The notes: generated by a model not told the origin, from the sequence alone. A stretch of 44,733 bases of DNA from Urbifossiella sp. (GCA_044220735.1 JBGAQM010000002.1:1-44733), one strand, 5' to 3'; counted from the stretch's first letter, positions 1-10,333 are shown. Translations and numbers: made by a program.

Positions 1-1961
1 CCGCGCCCGACCCGGTGGAGTAGGGTCGTCGCGGCGAGCGGCTTCTCGGTGACGCGGACGACCTTCCACGTTCCCTCCAGTTTGTAGACGTGGTACCCGC
101 TCACGCCCGCTTCCCGCGCCGCGTCCCACTTCAGCTCCGCGACCTCGCCCTGCTCCCGGCACAACACGTTCACCGGCGCGGCCGGGAACGTAAGTCCGTA
201 CGGCGACGGGCCGCTCTCGATCCCCAGGCGGTTCACCGCCCGGACGACGTAGGCGTGTACGGCAAACCGGTAGCCCCCGGCCGCCGGCGTCGGTGTAGCG
301 AGATCGACGGTGTCCGAAAATGTCGGGTCCGTCAGGAGGTCGGTGTTGAGCTTGGTCAGCCCGTTGACGTCGCGGACCTGCACCACCTGCGGCTCGTCGT
401 ACTTCGGGTCGTTGTCCTTCCACGCCCCGGGCGTTCCCTCGGTTACGGTCCGCACGTGCGCCACGCCGCGGTAGAGGTTGAAGCCCACCACGTCGGCCGC
501 CGGGTGGCGGTCCCACGTCAGCGCGACGCGGTCCTTCGCCAGAACCGACACGACCGGCTGTACCGGCACCGCCGGCCGCGACCACGCCCGGGTGCTCGCC
601 GGTCCCGTCGTGCCGTCGGCGGCGACCGACTTTACGACGTATGCGTACACCTCCCCGGCCTTCAGCCCGGTGTCCACGAACGTGGTGCTGGTCACGTCTG
701 CGACGCGGCGGAACTCGGCCGCCCACGGCGGGCCGACCTCCGCCCGGTGCACCTCGTACCGCGCCGCACCCGGCACCGCTGGCCACTCCAGCGCGGCCTT
801 GCCACCAGTGGCGGAAGTGACCGTCACCCGGGCCGGCGCCGCGGGCCGCGTGTCCGGTCGAGTCACCCGGTAACGGTAGGTCCACACTTCGGGCCGGTTC
901 GACTTCGCCCCGGACGTTTCGAGGACGAAGACGTTGCGGGCCGGGTCGTACCCGAGGTTCCGCGACCGGCTCTTGCTCGGGTCCGGCTCGACGGCCGGGT
1001 CGAGCTTCGTCCAGGTCCGCGTGCCGGCGTCGAACGCCCACGTCTCGTGCCCGCGGTCGCCGAGCCACACGACGCACACCACGACCCCGCTCGCCGGGTC
1101 GTAGGCCATCCGCGGGATGGTCGAGTACTCCTTCGTCGCCTTCACCGCCGGCGGGTGTGGGTCGAGGGCAAGCCCCTCCCAGCGGTTCGTCTTCAGGTCG
1201 TACAGCCACGTCCGCTCGTCGGCCGAGTACTGGCTGCCGAACATGACGAGCACGTCGCGCCGGGTGTCGTAGGCGAGGCCCATGCCGTCGCGGGCCGGCG
1301 GCGGGTTCGCGGCCTTGAGGTGGTGGAACTGGTTGGCGTGGGCGTCGTAGGCGAACAAGGTGTTCTTCCCGCCCGAGTTGCCCTGTCCGCCGAACGATAG
1401 GGTGACCTCGTGCGGGGCCGCGTACACGGCGCCCGCATTCAAGCCGCCGACGCCCTGCGGCGGGCCGCGGTCGGGCTCTGCGTACGGCGGCGGACGCATG
1501 TTCGTCCAGCGGTCGGCGGCCGGGTCGTACAGCCACACGGCCGAGTCCTTCAGCTTCTCGGCCCGGCTCCACTGGTAGCCGTGGCCGAGCATCCCGCCGG
1601 GGAAGCGGACGAGCCGCCGGGCGGCGAGATCGAAGCAGTTCGCCCCGTCCACGCAGCACACGCCCGGCGGCGACGCGGGCGGGAATTTTTGCTCCCACCG
1701 GCCGGTGTCGAGGTCGAGGGTGAAGGTGTGAAAGCCCTGCGGGATGCCGTCGTGCCCGGCGTGGTGGACCCAGCGGCGGGTGAACGGGTCGTAGTCGCCG
1801 CTGCCCTCGTAGAGGAAGCCCGGGACCGGCGCCCCGTCCCGCGGGCTCTGCTTGACCCAGGTGTTGACCGGGTGGTTGGCCCAGTCGGGCGCCTGCCCGC
1901 GGGCGGGGGCCGCGCCGGCAGCGAGCACCGCAAGTACGGTTACAGCCGACACCCGGGTCAT
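1..1961 (-). CDS. Secreted Kelch-like beta-propeller protein with C-terminal fibronectin type III-like domains (partial, runs off left edge)
   Basis: Not in the ORF track because there is no stop in the window. Manual translation from ATG 1961: MTRVSAVTVLAVLAAGAAPARGQAPDW (signal-peptide-like). Propeller-type blades follow: VWLYDPAADRW, LFAYDAHANQF, LAYDTRRDVLVMFG, TWLYDLKTNRW, MAYDPASG, TWAFDAGTRTW. Then FN3-like segments: ALEWPAVPGAARYEVHR...FVDTGLKAGEVYAYVVKSV, ALTWD...VVGFNLYR...YVVRAVNRLGIESGPS, ELKWD...VSGYHVYK. The frame is still open at base 3. Confidence 0.8.
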   Translation of the reverse strand, partial: MTRVSAVTVLAVLAAGAAPARGQAPDWANHPVNTWVKQSPRDGAPVPGFLYEGSGDYDPFTRRWVHHAGHDGIPQGFHTFTLDLDTGRWEQKFPPASPPGVCCVDGANCFDLAARRLVRFPGGMLGHGYQWSRAEKLKDSAVWLYDPAADRWTNMRPPPYAEPDRGPPQGVGGLNAGAVYAAPHEVTLSFGGQGNSGGKNTLFAYDAHANQFHHLKAANPPPARDGMGLAYDTRRDVLVMFGSQYSADERTWLYDLKTNRWEGLALDPHPPAVKATKEYSTIPRMAYDPASGVVVCVVWLGDRGHETWAFDAGTRTWTKLDPAVEPDPSKSRSRNLGYDPARNVFVLETSGAKSNRPEVWTYRYRVTRPDTRPAAPARVTVTSATGGKAALEWPAVPGAARYEVHRAEVGPPWAAEFRRVADVTSTTFVDTGLKAGEVYAYVVKSVAADGTTGPASTRAWSRPAVPVQPVVSVLAKDRVALTWDRHPAADVVGFNLYRGVAHVRTVTEGTPGAWKDNDPKYDEPQVVQVRDVNGLTKLNTDLLTDPTFSDTVDLATPTPAAGGYRFAVHAYVVRAVNRLGIESGPSPYGLTFPAAPVNVLCREQGEVAELKWDAAREAGVSGYHVYKLEGTWKVVRVTEKPLAATTLLHRVGR

Positions 1962-1990
1962 CACGCCGCTCCCCGGTACGAGGTTCGTGG

Positions 1991-3277
1991 TCATCCGACG
2001 GGGTCGAGGCCGGTGAGCGTGCCGGTGCCGGTACTGAACCGGTCCGACTCGACGCCGAGCCGCTGCAACATGCTGACGTAGAGGTTGCACAGCGGCGGCG
2101 GGTTCTGGGGGTCGAACCGCAGGTGCGTCCCGTGCCGGAACCCGCCGCCGGCGAGCAGCACCGGCAGGTTCCGCACCGAGTGGCTGCTGCCGTCGCCGAG
2201 GTTGCTGCCGAGGAACACCATCGTCCGGTCGAGCAGCGTCGCGCCGTCTTCGCGCGTCTGCCGCAGCTTCGCCAGCAGGTCGCGGACGACCTTCATCGTC
2301 TCGCTCTCCACGGTCTTGAGCTGCTCCAGCTTCCCCGGGTCGCGGCCGTGGTGCGACAGGTCGTGGTGGCCGAGCGTCACCCCGGGGATCGGCGGGACGT
2401 AGGTCGAGCCGCCTAGCATGATCGTGACCAGCCGCGTCGAGTCGGTCTGGAGCGCGAGGTGCGTCAGGTCGAACAGCAGGCGGGTGCGGCCGAGGAGGTC
2501 GGCGGCGTTGGGGATGTCACGCGGCGGTTCGACGCTCACCTTCGGCTTCGGCGTCCGGGCCCACGTCTCGTCGCGAGCCAGCCGCCGCTCCAGGTCGCGG
2601 ACGCTGGTCATGTACTCGTCGAGCCGGTCGCGGTCGTTGGCGCCGAGGCCCGACCGCAGCGCCGCGGCCTGGCCGCCCACGTCGTCGAGGATGCTGCGGC
2701 CGTCGGCGAGGCGGGCCACCTGGGCGCGCACCTCGTCGGGCCGGCCGTCGAGGAACAGTCGGGCGAACACCCGCGCCGGCGACGTGGAGGCGGGCACGAG
2801 CGCGCCGGTGCGCGTCCACGACAGGCCGGCCCCCTCGCCCGACAGCGCCAGACTCGGGAACCGCGTCCGCCCGCCGATGTGCTCGGCGGCGAACTGGTCG
2901 AGCGAGATCGAGTTGCGGAACCCGGCGCGGCCGGCGTTCTGCGCGCCGGTTAAGAAGCTGGCAGATGCCTGGTGCGCGAACCCCGGGCTCTGCCCCGCGT
3001 GCGCCAGCCCGGACACGACCGTGAAGTCGCTGCGGAAGTCCTTGAGCACGTCGAGGTAGGGGGTGAGTTCGTAGTCGGCGCCGTCCTTCTCCGGGAAGAA
3101 GTACGGCGGGTGCAGCCCGAGCGGCGTGCAGACGCAGACCATGCGCCGCCGCGGCTGGGCCAGCCGGTTATCCTGCCCGAAGGCGTCGAGGCACGGGAGC
3201 GCCAGCGACACGCCGGCGGCGCGGAGGAGCGTGCGACGGTGGAAGGTCACGGGAGTACCTCGGTCGGCGGGACTCAT
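1991..3277 (-). CDS. DUF1552 family protein (planctomycete HXXSHH-type)
   Basis: RRTLLRAAGVSLALPCLDA N-terminus; SISLDQFAA...TRFPSLAL, SILD, D..RLDEY.TSVRDLE.RL, LALQTDSTR, HHDLSHH, DGATLLD.T, H...NLPVLLAGG, PLCNLYVSMLQ.LG. The ATG at 3277 overlaps the upstream TGA (ATGA). An alternative GTG at 3250 has GAGGT 6 nt upstream. Confidence 0.9.
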   Translation of the reverse strand: MSPADRGTPVTFHRRTLLRAAGVSLALPCLDAFGQDNRLAQPRRRMVCVCTPLGLHPPYFFPEKDGADYELTPYLDVLKDFRSDFTVVSGLAHAGQSPGFAHQASASFLTGAQNAGRAGFRNSISLDQFAAEHIGGRTRFPSLALSGEGAGLSWTRTGALVPASTSPARVFARLFLDGRPDEVRAQVARLADGRSILDDVGGQAAALRSGLGANDRDRLDEYMTSVRDLERRLARDETWARTPKPKVSVEPPRDIPNAADLLGRTRLLFDLTHLALQTDSTRLVTIMLGGSTYVPPIPGVTLGHHDLSHHGRDPGKLEQLKTVESETMKVVRDLLAKLRQTREDGATLLDRTMVFLGSNLGDGSSHSVRNLPVLLAGGGFRHGTHLRFDPQNPPPLCNLYVSMLQRLGVESDRFSTGTGTLTGLDPVG

Positions 3278-5733
3278 TTACTCTGGAACACCCGGCTCTG
3301 CACGACCTCATGGACGAGCGCCCGGAAGCCGTAGTTCTGCCCACGCACCCGGGCGACGACCGCTTCGACCTCCGGCCGGTCGGCCGTCGCGGGCGCCGCA
3401 CCGGTGGCGTAGGTCAACAGCCGCTGCGCCATCGCGCGGGCCAGTTGGTCGCGGTCGCGCAGAAGGAGTTGCCGGAACTCGTCCACGTTCTTGAACCGCG
3501 CCCCGTCGGGCAGCACGTCGGCGGGGTCCACGTCCGGCCCCTTCTTGTAGCGCATCGTGCGGCCGTCCACGACCGCCGGGCCGCCCGCGCCGACGCTCCG
3601 GTAATAGTCTCGCCAGCCGCCGATCACGTCATAGCTCTCCAGCGCGAACCCGGGCGGGTCGATCTTCGCGTGGCAGCCGGCGCACTCGGCCCGCGCCCGG
3701 TGCTTCGCCAGCTGTTCGCGGATCGTCGTCGCGCCGCGAATGTCGGGTTCCACGGCCTCCACGTCCACCGTCGGTTTCGGCGGCGGCGTGCCGAGGATGC
3801 GGTCCAGCACCCACGACCCGCGCTGGACCGGCGACGTGGTGGTGCCGTTGGCCGTCACCTTCATCACCGCCGCCATCGTGAGAACGCCGCCGCGGTGGCT
3901 CGCCGGCGGCAGCGCCACGCGGCGGAACTCCTGGCCGGTCACTCCCGGGATGCGGTAGTGCCGCGCCAGCCGGCTGTTGAGCATCGTGAAGTCGGACGCC
4001 ACGAAAGTCGTCAGGCTCAGGTCGTTCTTCAACACCTCGTCGAAGAACAGTTGCGCCTCCTTCACCATCGCCGTCTTGAGCACGTCGTCGTACTCCGGGT
4101 AGAGCGCGGGGTCGGGGGCGGTGTCGTCGATCTTGCGGAGGTCGAGCCACTGGCCGGCGAAGTTCTCGGTGAACGCCGCCGCCTTCGGGCTCTTCAGCAT
4201 CCGCTCGACCTGCGCGCGCAGCGTGGCGGCGTCGTTCAGCTTCCCCGCAGCGGCGAGCGCGATCAATTCCTCGTCGGGCATCGAACTCCACAGGAAGTAC
4301 GACAGCCGGCTGGCGAGGGCGTGGTCGTCGAGGCGGCCGGGCTGCTCGCGCAGGAACAGGAAGTGCGGCGACACGAGCGCGGCCTTGTACCCGACCCGCA
4401 TCGCCTGCTCGAACGAGAAGCCGGCGTCGAGTTTGGCCTTCACGCGGGCCAGGAACGGCCGCACCTCCTCGTCGGTCACCGGCCGGCGGAAGGCGCGCGG
4501 GAGGAAGCCTCGCAGGAGGCGTTCGGCGTCAGCTAACTGCTGCGTCGAGACGACTTCCAGGCGGTTCTTGTCGTCGGGCGTCGGGGCGGGCGCCTGCTTC
4601 AGCTCGCCGAACAGACGGCGGTGGCTCGGCGGCGGCCAGGTGTCGTGCAGCGGCCCCTCGACCTCGACCCACTGCACGGCCAGCCCCGGCCCGGTGTACT
4701 TGTCGGCGCCCACCTTCTCGATCACCGGCGGCGTCACGCCGAGCCCGTCCACGACGAGCCGCATGCAGTTCTTCGCCTCCAGCTTCTCGACGAACTCGAT
4801 CACCGTCGGCCGGCCGGGCGGCACGTCGTGGTAGCCGACGATGCGCTCCTCGGTCACGGCCGTGAGCGTGCCGGCGGTGACGTGGAAGGTGACGGGCCTG
4901 TCCGTCTGGAAGGCGTAGGCCGAGATGCGGACGCGGTAGTTGCCGCGGAAGTGCGTGCGGAAGTTCCACAGCGTGACCTGGATGTTCGCCGACACCCACG
5001 AGCCGAAGATGGCGACCGAGTCTTCGAGGTGGCGGTAGACGCTGCCGGTGGGCCGCACCGACTTCTCGTCCTTGATGTCGTACCGCTTCTTCAGCAGCCA
5101 CGGCCGCGGCCCGTTGGCGACGGCGGCGTCGAGCACCTTGTCGGCCGCTTCGAGGTACTGCTCCATCAGGAAGGACGAGACGTGCAGCGCCTCGGCGCCG
5201 TTGTCGAAGCCGTTCGCGGTCGCGTCCGGGGGGAGGAGGTCCATAAGGTCGAGGTCCACGCCGAGGAGGTCGCGGACGGTGTTCTGGTACTCGGCGCGGT
5301 TGAGCCGGCGCAGCGGGACGCGGCCTTGTGTGGCGTTCCGCGCGGCCTCGGCCGCCGCGACCCGGCCGTTCACCCACCCCGTCAGCGCGGTAACGTCCTT
5401 CTCCGCCGGGCGGGCCTTCCCCTTCGGCGGCATCGCCCCCGATTCGACCTGCTCGATCGCCGCGGCCCAGCGCTCGCGGTTGGCCTTGTCGCTGAAGTCC
5501 GTGGTGAGGCTCTCGACGCGGAACTTCCCCTTCGCCTTGTCGCCCGTGTGGCACGCCTGGCAGTGTTGAGCGAGGAACGACGCGGCGGGACCGTCCTTGG
5601 GGGCGGGTTCGGCCGGCCCGCTCGTCCCCCGGCCGTGTACGCCGAGCCCGGCGGCCAACCCGAACATCAGGACGTACCCGCCGCGACGCAGGCGTTGGGA
5701 ACGGTGCCGACTCGGTGGGTGACTCGCGTCCAT
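3274..5733 (-). CDS. Planctomycete cytochrome-c-like DUF1592/DUF1588/DUF1587/DUF1595/DUF1585 domain protein
   Basis: CQACH...MPP (planctomycete cytochrome c), LRRLNRAEYQNTVRDLLG, GFDN, RAFRRP, LVSPHFLF, LASRLSYFLWSSMPDEEL, FTENFAGQWL, RGGVLT...TSPVQRGSWVL..ILG.PPP, second CAGCHAKIDPPGFALE.YD.IG.WR, LLTYATG. This is the usual partner upstream of DUF1552. Confidence 0.9.
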   Translation of the reverse strand: MDASHPPSRHRSQRLRRGGYVLMFGLAAGLGVHGRGTSGPAEPAPKDGPAASFLAQHCQACHTGDKAKGKFRVESLTTDFSDKANRERWAAAIEQVESGAMPPKGKARPAEKDVTALTGWVNGRVAAAEAARNATQGRVPLRRLNRAEYQNTVRDLLGVDLDLMDLLPPDATANGFDNGAEALHVSSFLMEQYLEAADKVLDAAVANGPRPWLLKKRYDIKDEKSVRPTGSVYRHLEDSVAIFGSWVSANIQVTLWNFRTHFRGNYRVRISAYAFQTDRPVTFHVTAGTLTAVTEERIVGYHDVPPGRPTVIEFVEKLEAKNCMRLVVDGLGVTPPVIEKVGADKYTGPGLAVQWVEVEGPLHDTWPPPSHRRLFGELKQAPAPTPDDKNRLEVVSTQQLADAERLLRGFLPRAFRRPVTDEEVRPFLARVKAKLDAGFSFEQAMRVGYKAALVSPHFLFLREQPGRLDDHALASRLSYFLWSSMPDEELIALAAAGKLNDAATLRAQVERMLKSPKAAAFTENFAGQWLDLRKIDDTAPDPALYPEYDDVLKTAMVKEAQLFFDEVLKNDLSLTTFVASDFTMLNSRLARHYRIPGVTGQEFRRVALPPASHRGGVLTMAAVMKVTANGTTTSPVQRGSWVLDRILGTPPPKPTVDVEAVEPDIRGATTIREQLAKHRARAECAGCHAKIDPPGFALESYDVIGGWRDYYRSVGAGGPAVVDGRTMRYKKGPDVDPADVLPDGARFKNVDEFRQLLLRDRDQLARAMAQRLLTYATGAAPATADRPEVEAVVARVRGQNYGFRALVHEVVQSRVFQSK

Positions 5734-5912
5734 GGCCCGATCTTACCAGCGGTCGTCGCGCTACGAGAACGACAATTCCCGTTGCGGAGGCACGAACCCT
5801 GATCGGGCGCCGATACCGAGGAGATGAACGACCCCTCACGCCCGTGGTTCTCTCGTCGACAGGTGACCCGGCGGGCGTGTCCGGCGCCCGCGGCGGGTGC
5901 TACACCAGCCAG

Positions 5913-6995
5913 ATGCTCGACCCCGCCACCCCGGCACTGGTCCTCGCCCCGATGGAGGGGGTGACCGACGCGCCCATGCGGGCCGCGTTCGGGGAGTCGG
6001 CGGCGTTCACCTACGCGGTCGCCGAGTTCCTCCGCGTCGCCCACACCATCCCGGGCCGGGCCGTGGTCCGTCGGCACGTCCCAGAACTGCTCGCGGGCGG
6101 GCGCACCCCGACCGGGCTGCCGGTGCAACTCCAACTGCTCGGCGGCGACCCCGGGCGGGTGGCCGAAGCCGCGGTGATCGGGCACGCGGCCGGGGCGACG
6201 GCCATCGACCTAAACTTCGGGTGCCCGGCCAAGACCGTGAACCGGCACGACGGCGGGGCCGCGCTGCTCCGCGACCCGCCCCGCGTCCGCGCCGTCGTGG
6301 CGGCGGTCCGCGCCGCCCTGCCGCGGGAAGTGACCGTGTCGGCCAAGGTGCGGCTCGGCTGGGACACCATCGACACGATTGACGAGATCGCCACGATGGC
6401 CGCCGAGGGCGGGGCGGCGTGGCTGACCGTCCACGGTCGGACCCGCGCCGCCGGGTACGCCCCGCCGGCGTACTGGGGGCCGATCGGCCGTGTGCGCGAG
6501 CGGCTCGGGCTGCCGGTGGTGGCGAACGGGGACATCTGGACAGTGGCCGACTTCCGCCGCTGCCGCGACGAGACGGGGTGCCGGCACTTTATGCTCGGCC
6601 GCGGGGCGCTGGCCGACCCGAGGTTGCCTCGACGGGTCGCGGCCGAACTCGGCCTGGCCCCGGCTGTGCCGGACGACGAGGCGGCCCGCCCGGTCAACTG
6701 GCCCGCTCACCTGCTGTCGCTGGTCGGCTGGACTCACCGGTTTCCGGGCTTCCACCCCGCGGGCGTTCTTCGTCGGCTCAAGCAGTGGCTCGTCCTTGCG
6801 GCCCGGCACGGTGGCTTCGGTGGCTTCGAGGCGGTGAAGCGTGCGACGACGGTCGAGGAACTCCTCGCCGTGGTCGGCGCCCCGTTTCGGGGTGACCACG
6901 AGCCGGTCCCCCCGTCGGCGTGTGTCTCTCCCGCCGGCGCGCACATGACTGAGTGCCCGGTCGCGGCCGTTGGGGCATCGTGCCACGTTGACTGA
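5913..6995 (+). CDS. dusC: tRNA-dihydrouridine synthase (DusC-like)
   Basis: LAPMEGVTD, QLLG, IDLNFGCPAKTVN..DGGAALL, VSAKVRLGW, LTVHGRT, PVVANGDIW, MLGRGALADP, RLKQWL. I place the start at ATG 5913 just before LAPM rather than at the ORF-track 5715. Confidence 0.85.
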   Translation: MLDPATPALVLAPMEGVTDAPMRAAFGESAAFTYAVAEFLRVAHTIPGRAVVRRHVPELLAGGRTPTGLPVQLQLLGGDPGRVAEAAVIGHAAGATAIDLNFGCPAKTVNRHDGGAALLRDPPRVRAVVAAVRAALPREVTVSAKVRLGWDTIDTIDEIATMAAEGGAAWLTVHGRTRAAGYAPPAYWGPIGRVRERLGLPVVANGDIWTVADFRRCRDETGCRHFMLGRGALADPRLPRRVAAELGLAPAVPDDEAARPVNWPAHLLSLVGWTHRFPGFHPAGVLRRLKQWLVLAARHGGFGGFEAVKRATTVEELLAVVGAPFRGDHEPVPPSACVSPAGAHMTECPVAAVGASCHVD

Positions 6996-7144
6996 CCGGT
7001 GCAAACCCCCGAGGCACCAGACCACACGTCCCGTTCATATCCGGCCGTAGTGGTTTGCCTCGGCCTCAATCGTGTCCCATCCTTCGCCTGTGCGATCCAG
7101 CGACGCACGCACGGTCGGAGGATGACTTGAGCTCAACCGTACGG

Positions 7145-10100
7145 ATGGTGATTCGCCCTACCGTCGCTGCACCGGCTCCGTCCGAAACCCCGCCCCCGGA
7201 CCAGTCGCCCGAACTGGACTGGCCGCGGGTCAGCGGGTACGCCGTGCACACGTCGGTCGGCGTCGGCGGGATGGGCATCGTGTACCGCGCCCGCCACCGT
7301 GCCCTCCGCCGGGTCGTCGCCATCAAGACGCTCCGGGCCGGCTCGCTCGCCGACCCCGAGGCCCGCGACCGGTTCCGCGCCGAGGCCGAGGCCGTCGCGC
7401 GCCTCCAGCACCCGAACATCATCCAGGTGTTCGAGGTCGGCACCGTCCAGCCGCGGCCCGGCGAGGTCCACCCGAGTCCGTTCCTGGCGCTCGAGTTCGT
7501 GGACGGCGGCAGCCTCGCGCAGGCCGCCAAGTCGCCGCGGTCGCCGGGGGCCGCCGCCCGCCTGGTCGAGACGCTCGCCCGGGCCGTCCACGCCGCCCAC
7601 CGCGCCGGCGTCGTCCACCGCGACCTGAAGCCGGCGAACGTCCTCCTCACCGCCGACGGCGAGCCGAAGATCGCCGACTTCGGCCTCGCCAAGGCGTTCG
7701 GCCCGGAGCGCGACGCCGGCGGCCGGTTCGTGACCCAGGCCGGCCTCGTCATGGGCACGCCCGAGTACATGGCGCCCGAACAGGTCGCCGGCGGCGAGCC
7801 GGCCCCGTCGATGGACGTGTACGCGCTCGGCGTCATCCTGTACGAACTGCTCACCGGCCGCGTCCCGCACTGCGGCGACACGCCCGCGGCCACGATGCAC
7901 ATGACCCGCGTCGCCGACCCGGTGTCGCCGCGCCGCCTCCAGCCGTCGCTGCCGCGCGACCTCGAAACGATCTGCCTGAAGGCGCTGGAGAAGGCGCCGG
8001 CCGCGCGCTACGCCACGGCGGCGGAGCTGGCCGACGACCTCGCCCACTGGCAGGGCGGCCGGCCGATCCGCGCGCGCGTCGTCGGCCCCGTCGGGCGGGC
8101 GGCCCGGTGGGCGCGGCGGAACCCCGCCGTCGCGGGCCTGTCGACCCTCGTCGTGATGGTCGCGGTCGCCGGGTTCAGCGGCGTGGTGTGGAAGTGGCGC
8201 GAGTCGCAGGCGAGCGCGGCCGCGGCGGACCGGGCGGCCGCCGAGGCGCGGACCGTCGCGGGGAAGGAGCGCGAGGCGAGCTACCGGGCGAACCTCATCG
8301 CCGCGTCGAGCGCGCTTCGGCTGAACGACGTGGCGGCCGCCCGCCGCGCCCTCCAGGCCGCGCCGGAGGCGCACCGGAACTGGGAGTGGCGGCACTTCAC
8401 GACCCGCCTCGACGACTCGACCAGCAGCACGCCCCTCAACACGACGCAGATCGACCACGTCCACCCCGAAGCCCCGGCCGGCCGGCTCGTCTTCGTCGGC
8501 GCCGACGACACCCCGCGGGTGTGGGACTCGGAGGGCGGGGTCGAGCTCTGCCGCCTGCCGCGGGTGGCGAACACCTACCGGTACTCCATCCGCCCGGACG
8601 GGGCCGTCGTGGCGCGGGCCGGCCCGGATCACACCGTCGAGCTATGGGACGTGTCTACCGGCCGCGTCCGCGCCGTGCTGCGGGGGCACGAGGGCGACAT
8701 CACCAACATTCAGTACAGTCCCGACGGCACGCGGCTCGCGAGCGGGTCGATGGACCACACCGTCCGCGTCTGGGACTCGGCGACGGGCGCGCAGCTGCAC
8801 GTCCTCCGCGGGCAGGCCCACCCCATCTGGACGATGGGGTTCAGCCCGGACGGCAGGTTCCTCGGGGCGCCGGACGGCCCCGGCCGGACCGTCCACGTGT
8901 GGGACGTAGCGGCCGGTACCCTCGTCAGCGTCCTCCGCGGGCACGACCGCCTCGCGTCGAAGGCGGTCTTCAGCCCGGACGGCCGTCGGGTCGTCACGGT
9001 CGAGGACTTCCCCGCCAACACCGTCCGGCTGTTCGACACGGCGACCGGCAAACTCGTCGCCGCCCTGCCGGACCACACGAACCAGATCAAGCACGTCGCA
9101 TTCAGTCCGGACGGCAGCCGGCTGGTGACCATCTCGATGGACCAGACGGCCCGCCTGTGGGACGCCGACGGCAAGCCGGTCGCCGTGATGCGGGGGCACC
9201 GCGGGGGCGTGCTCGGGGCGGCGTTCAGCCCGGACGGCAAGCGGCTGGTGACGGCGTCCGCCGACCGGACGCTGCGGCTGTGGGACGCGAAGTCGGGCGA
9301 GAGCGTCGCGACTCTTCACGGCCACAACGGGCCGGTGAGCTGGGTGGCGTACACGCACGGCGGCGCGGCGTTGGTGTCGGCGTCACAGGACGGCACGCTA
9401 CGGACGTGGAACCCGGCCCGGGCGGAGGCCGGCGGCGTCCTCCGCGGCCACACGAGTTTCGTCTACTCGGTCGCCGTGCACCCGGACGGCCGGCGCGCGG
9501 CGTCGGCGTCGTGGGACGGCACGGCGCGGCTGTGGGACCTTGCCACGGGGCGAGAGTTGCGGGTGTTCGCCCACGAGAAGCGGGAGATCCTTGTGTCCGT
9601 CGCGCTCCACCCGGCCGGCCGGCTGATGGCAACGCTCGGCCGCGACAACGCGGTCCGCTTGTGGGACGTCGAGACGGGCGCGAACGTTCACACCTGGGTC
9701 GTGCCGGTGGCGGCGTGGCAGGACAGCCGGCTGGCGTTCGACCCGAGCGGCGGGCTCCTGGCCGTCGGCGCGAAGGACGGGGAACTGCGGCTCCTGGACG
9801 TGACGTCGCGGGCGGAGGTCGCGCAACTGCGCGGGCACCGCGACGCCGTCCGCGACGTGTCGTTCAGCCCGGACGGTCGGCTCCTGGCGTCGGCGGGGGA
9901 GGGGGCCGACCGCACGGTACGGCTGTGGGACGTGGCGACGCGGCGGGAGGTGGCGCGGCTGGACGGGCACACCAGCTGCGTCTATTCCGTGGCGTTCAAC
10001 CGCGACGGGTCGCTCCTGGCTTCGGGCTCGACCGACGGGACGGTGCGGCTGTGGGACGTGGCGACGCGGCGGGAGGTGGCGGTGCTGAGCCACGGGACGA

Positions 10101-10333
10101 ACGCCTACGGGTTGGCGTTCACCCCGGACGGGTCGAGGCTCGCGGTCGGGTGCGCGGACAACACGATCCGCCTGTGGGACGTAACGACGCGGCAGGAGGT
10201 CGCCGAGTTGCGGGGCCACACCGAGTACATTCACGGGCTGACGTTCGACCGGGAGGGGTCGCGGCTGCTGTCGGCGTCTGGCGACGGTACGCTGCGCGTG
10301 TGGGACGGCTCACCCCGCACCGGGGCGCGATAG
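7145..10333 (+). CDS. Hanks-type Ser/Thr protein kinase with one TM helix and a WD40 repeat region
   Basis: GVGGMGIVY, VAIK, HRDLKPANVL, DFG, GTPEYMAPEQ, DVYALG. A hydrophobic segment (AVAGLSTLVVMVAVAGFSGVVW) is followed by RNWEW, then roughly 13-14 GH...FSPDG...WD repeats. The start is uncertain: ATG 7145 preferred, ORF open from 7055. Confidence 0.92.
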   Translation: MVIRPTVAAPAPSETPPPDQSPELDWPRVSGYAVHTSVGVGGMGIVYRARHRALRRVVAIKTLRAGSLADPEARDRFRAEAEAVARLQHPNIIQVFEVGTVQPRPGEVHPSPFLALEFVDGGSLAQAAKSPRSPGAAARLVETLARAVHAAHRAGVVHRDLKPANVLLTADGEPKIADFGLAKAFGPERDAGGRFVTQAGLVMGTPEYMAPEQVAGGEPAPSMDVYALGVILYELLTGRVPHCGDTPAATMHMTRVADPVSPRRLQPSLPRDLETICLKALEKAPAARYATAAELADDLAHWQGGRPIRARVVGPVGRAARWARRNPAVAGLSTLVVMVAVAGFSGVVWKWRESQASAAAADRAAAEARTVAGKEREASYRANLIAASSALRLNDVAAARRALQAAPEAHRNWEWRHFTTRLDDSTSSTPLNTTQIDHVHPEAPAGRLVFVGADDTPRVWDSEGGVELCRLPRVANTYRYSIRPDGAVVARAGPDHTVELWDVSTGRVRAVLRGHEGDITNIQYSPDGTRLASGSMDHTVRVWDSATGAQLHVLRGQAHPIWTMGFSPDGRFLGAPDGPGRTVHVWDVAAGTLVSVLRGHDRLASKAVFSPDGRRVVTVEDFPANTVRLFDTATGKLVAALPDHTNQIKHVAFSPDGSRLVTISMDQTARLWDADGKPVAVMRGHRGGVLGAAFSPDGKRLVTASADRTLRLWDAKSGESVATLHGHNGPVSWVAYTHGGAALVSASQDGTLRTWNPARAEAGGVLRGHTSFVYSVAVHPDGRRAASASWDGTARLWDLATGRELRVFAHEKREILVSVALHPAGRLMATLGRDNAVRLWDVETGANVHTWVVPVAAWQDSRLAFDPSGGLLAVGAKDGELRLLDVTSRAEVAQLRGHRDAVRDVSFSPDGRLLASAGEGADRTVRLWDVATRREVARLDGHTSCVYSVAFNRDGSLLASGSTDGTVRLWDVATRREVAVLSHGTNAYGLAFTPDGSRLAVGCADNTIRLWDVTTRQEVAELRGHTEYIHGLTFDREGSRLLSASGDGTLRVWDGSPRTGAR
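9920..10081 (+). repeat. Identical 36-nt segment in two adjacent WD40 blades (126-nt period)
   Basis: cggctgtgggacgtggcgacgcggcgggaggtggcg at 9920-9955 and 10046-10081, both encoding RLWDVATRREVA. Confidence 0.85.

Noticed and set aside
90-2081. Plus-strand ORFs 90-1400 and 1410-2081
   Set aside because: Shadows of the minus-strand Kelch/FN3 gene, which has a signal peptide and coherent repeats.
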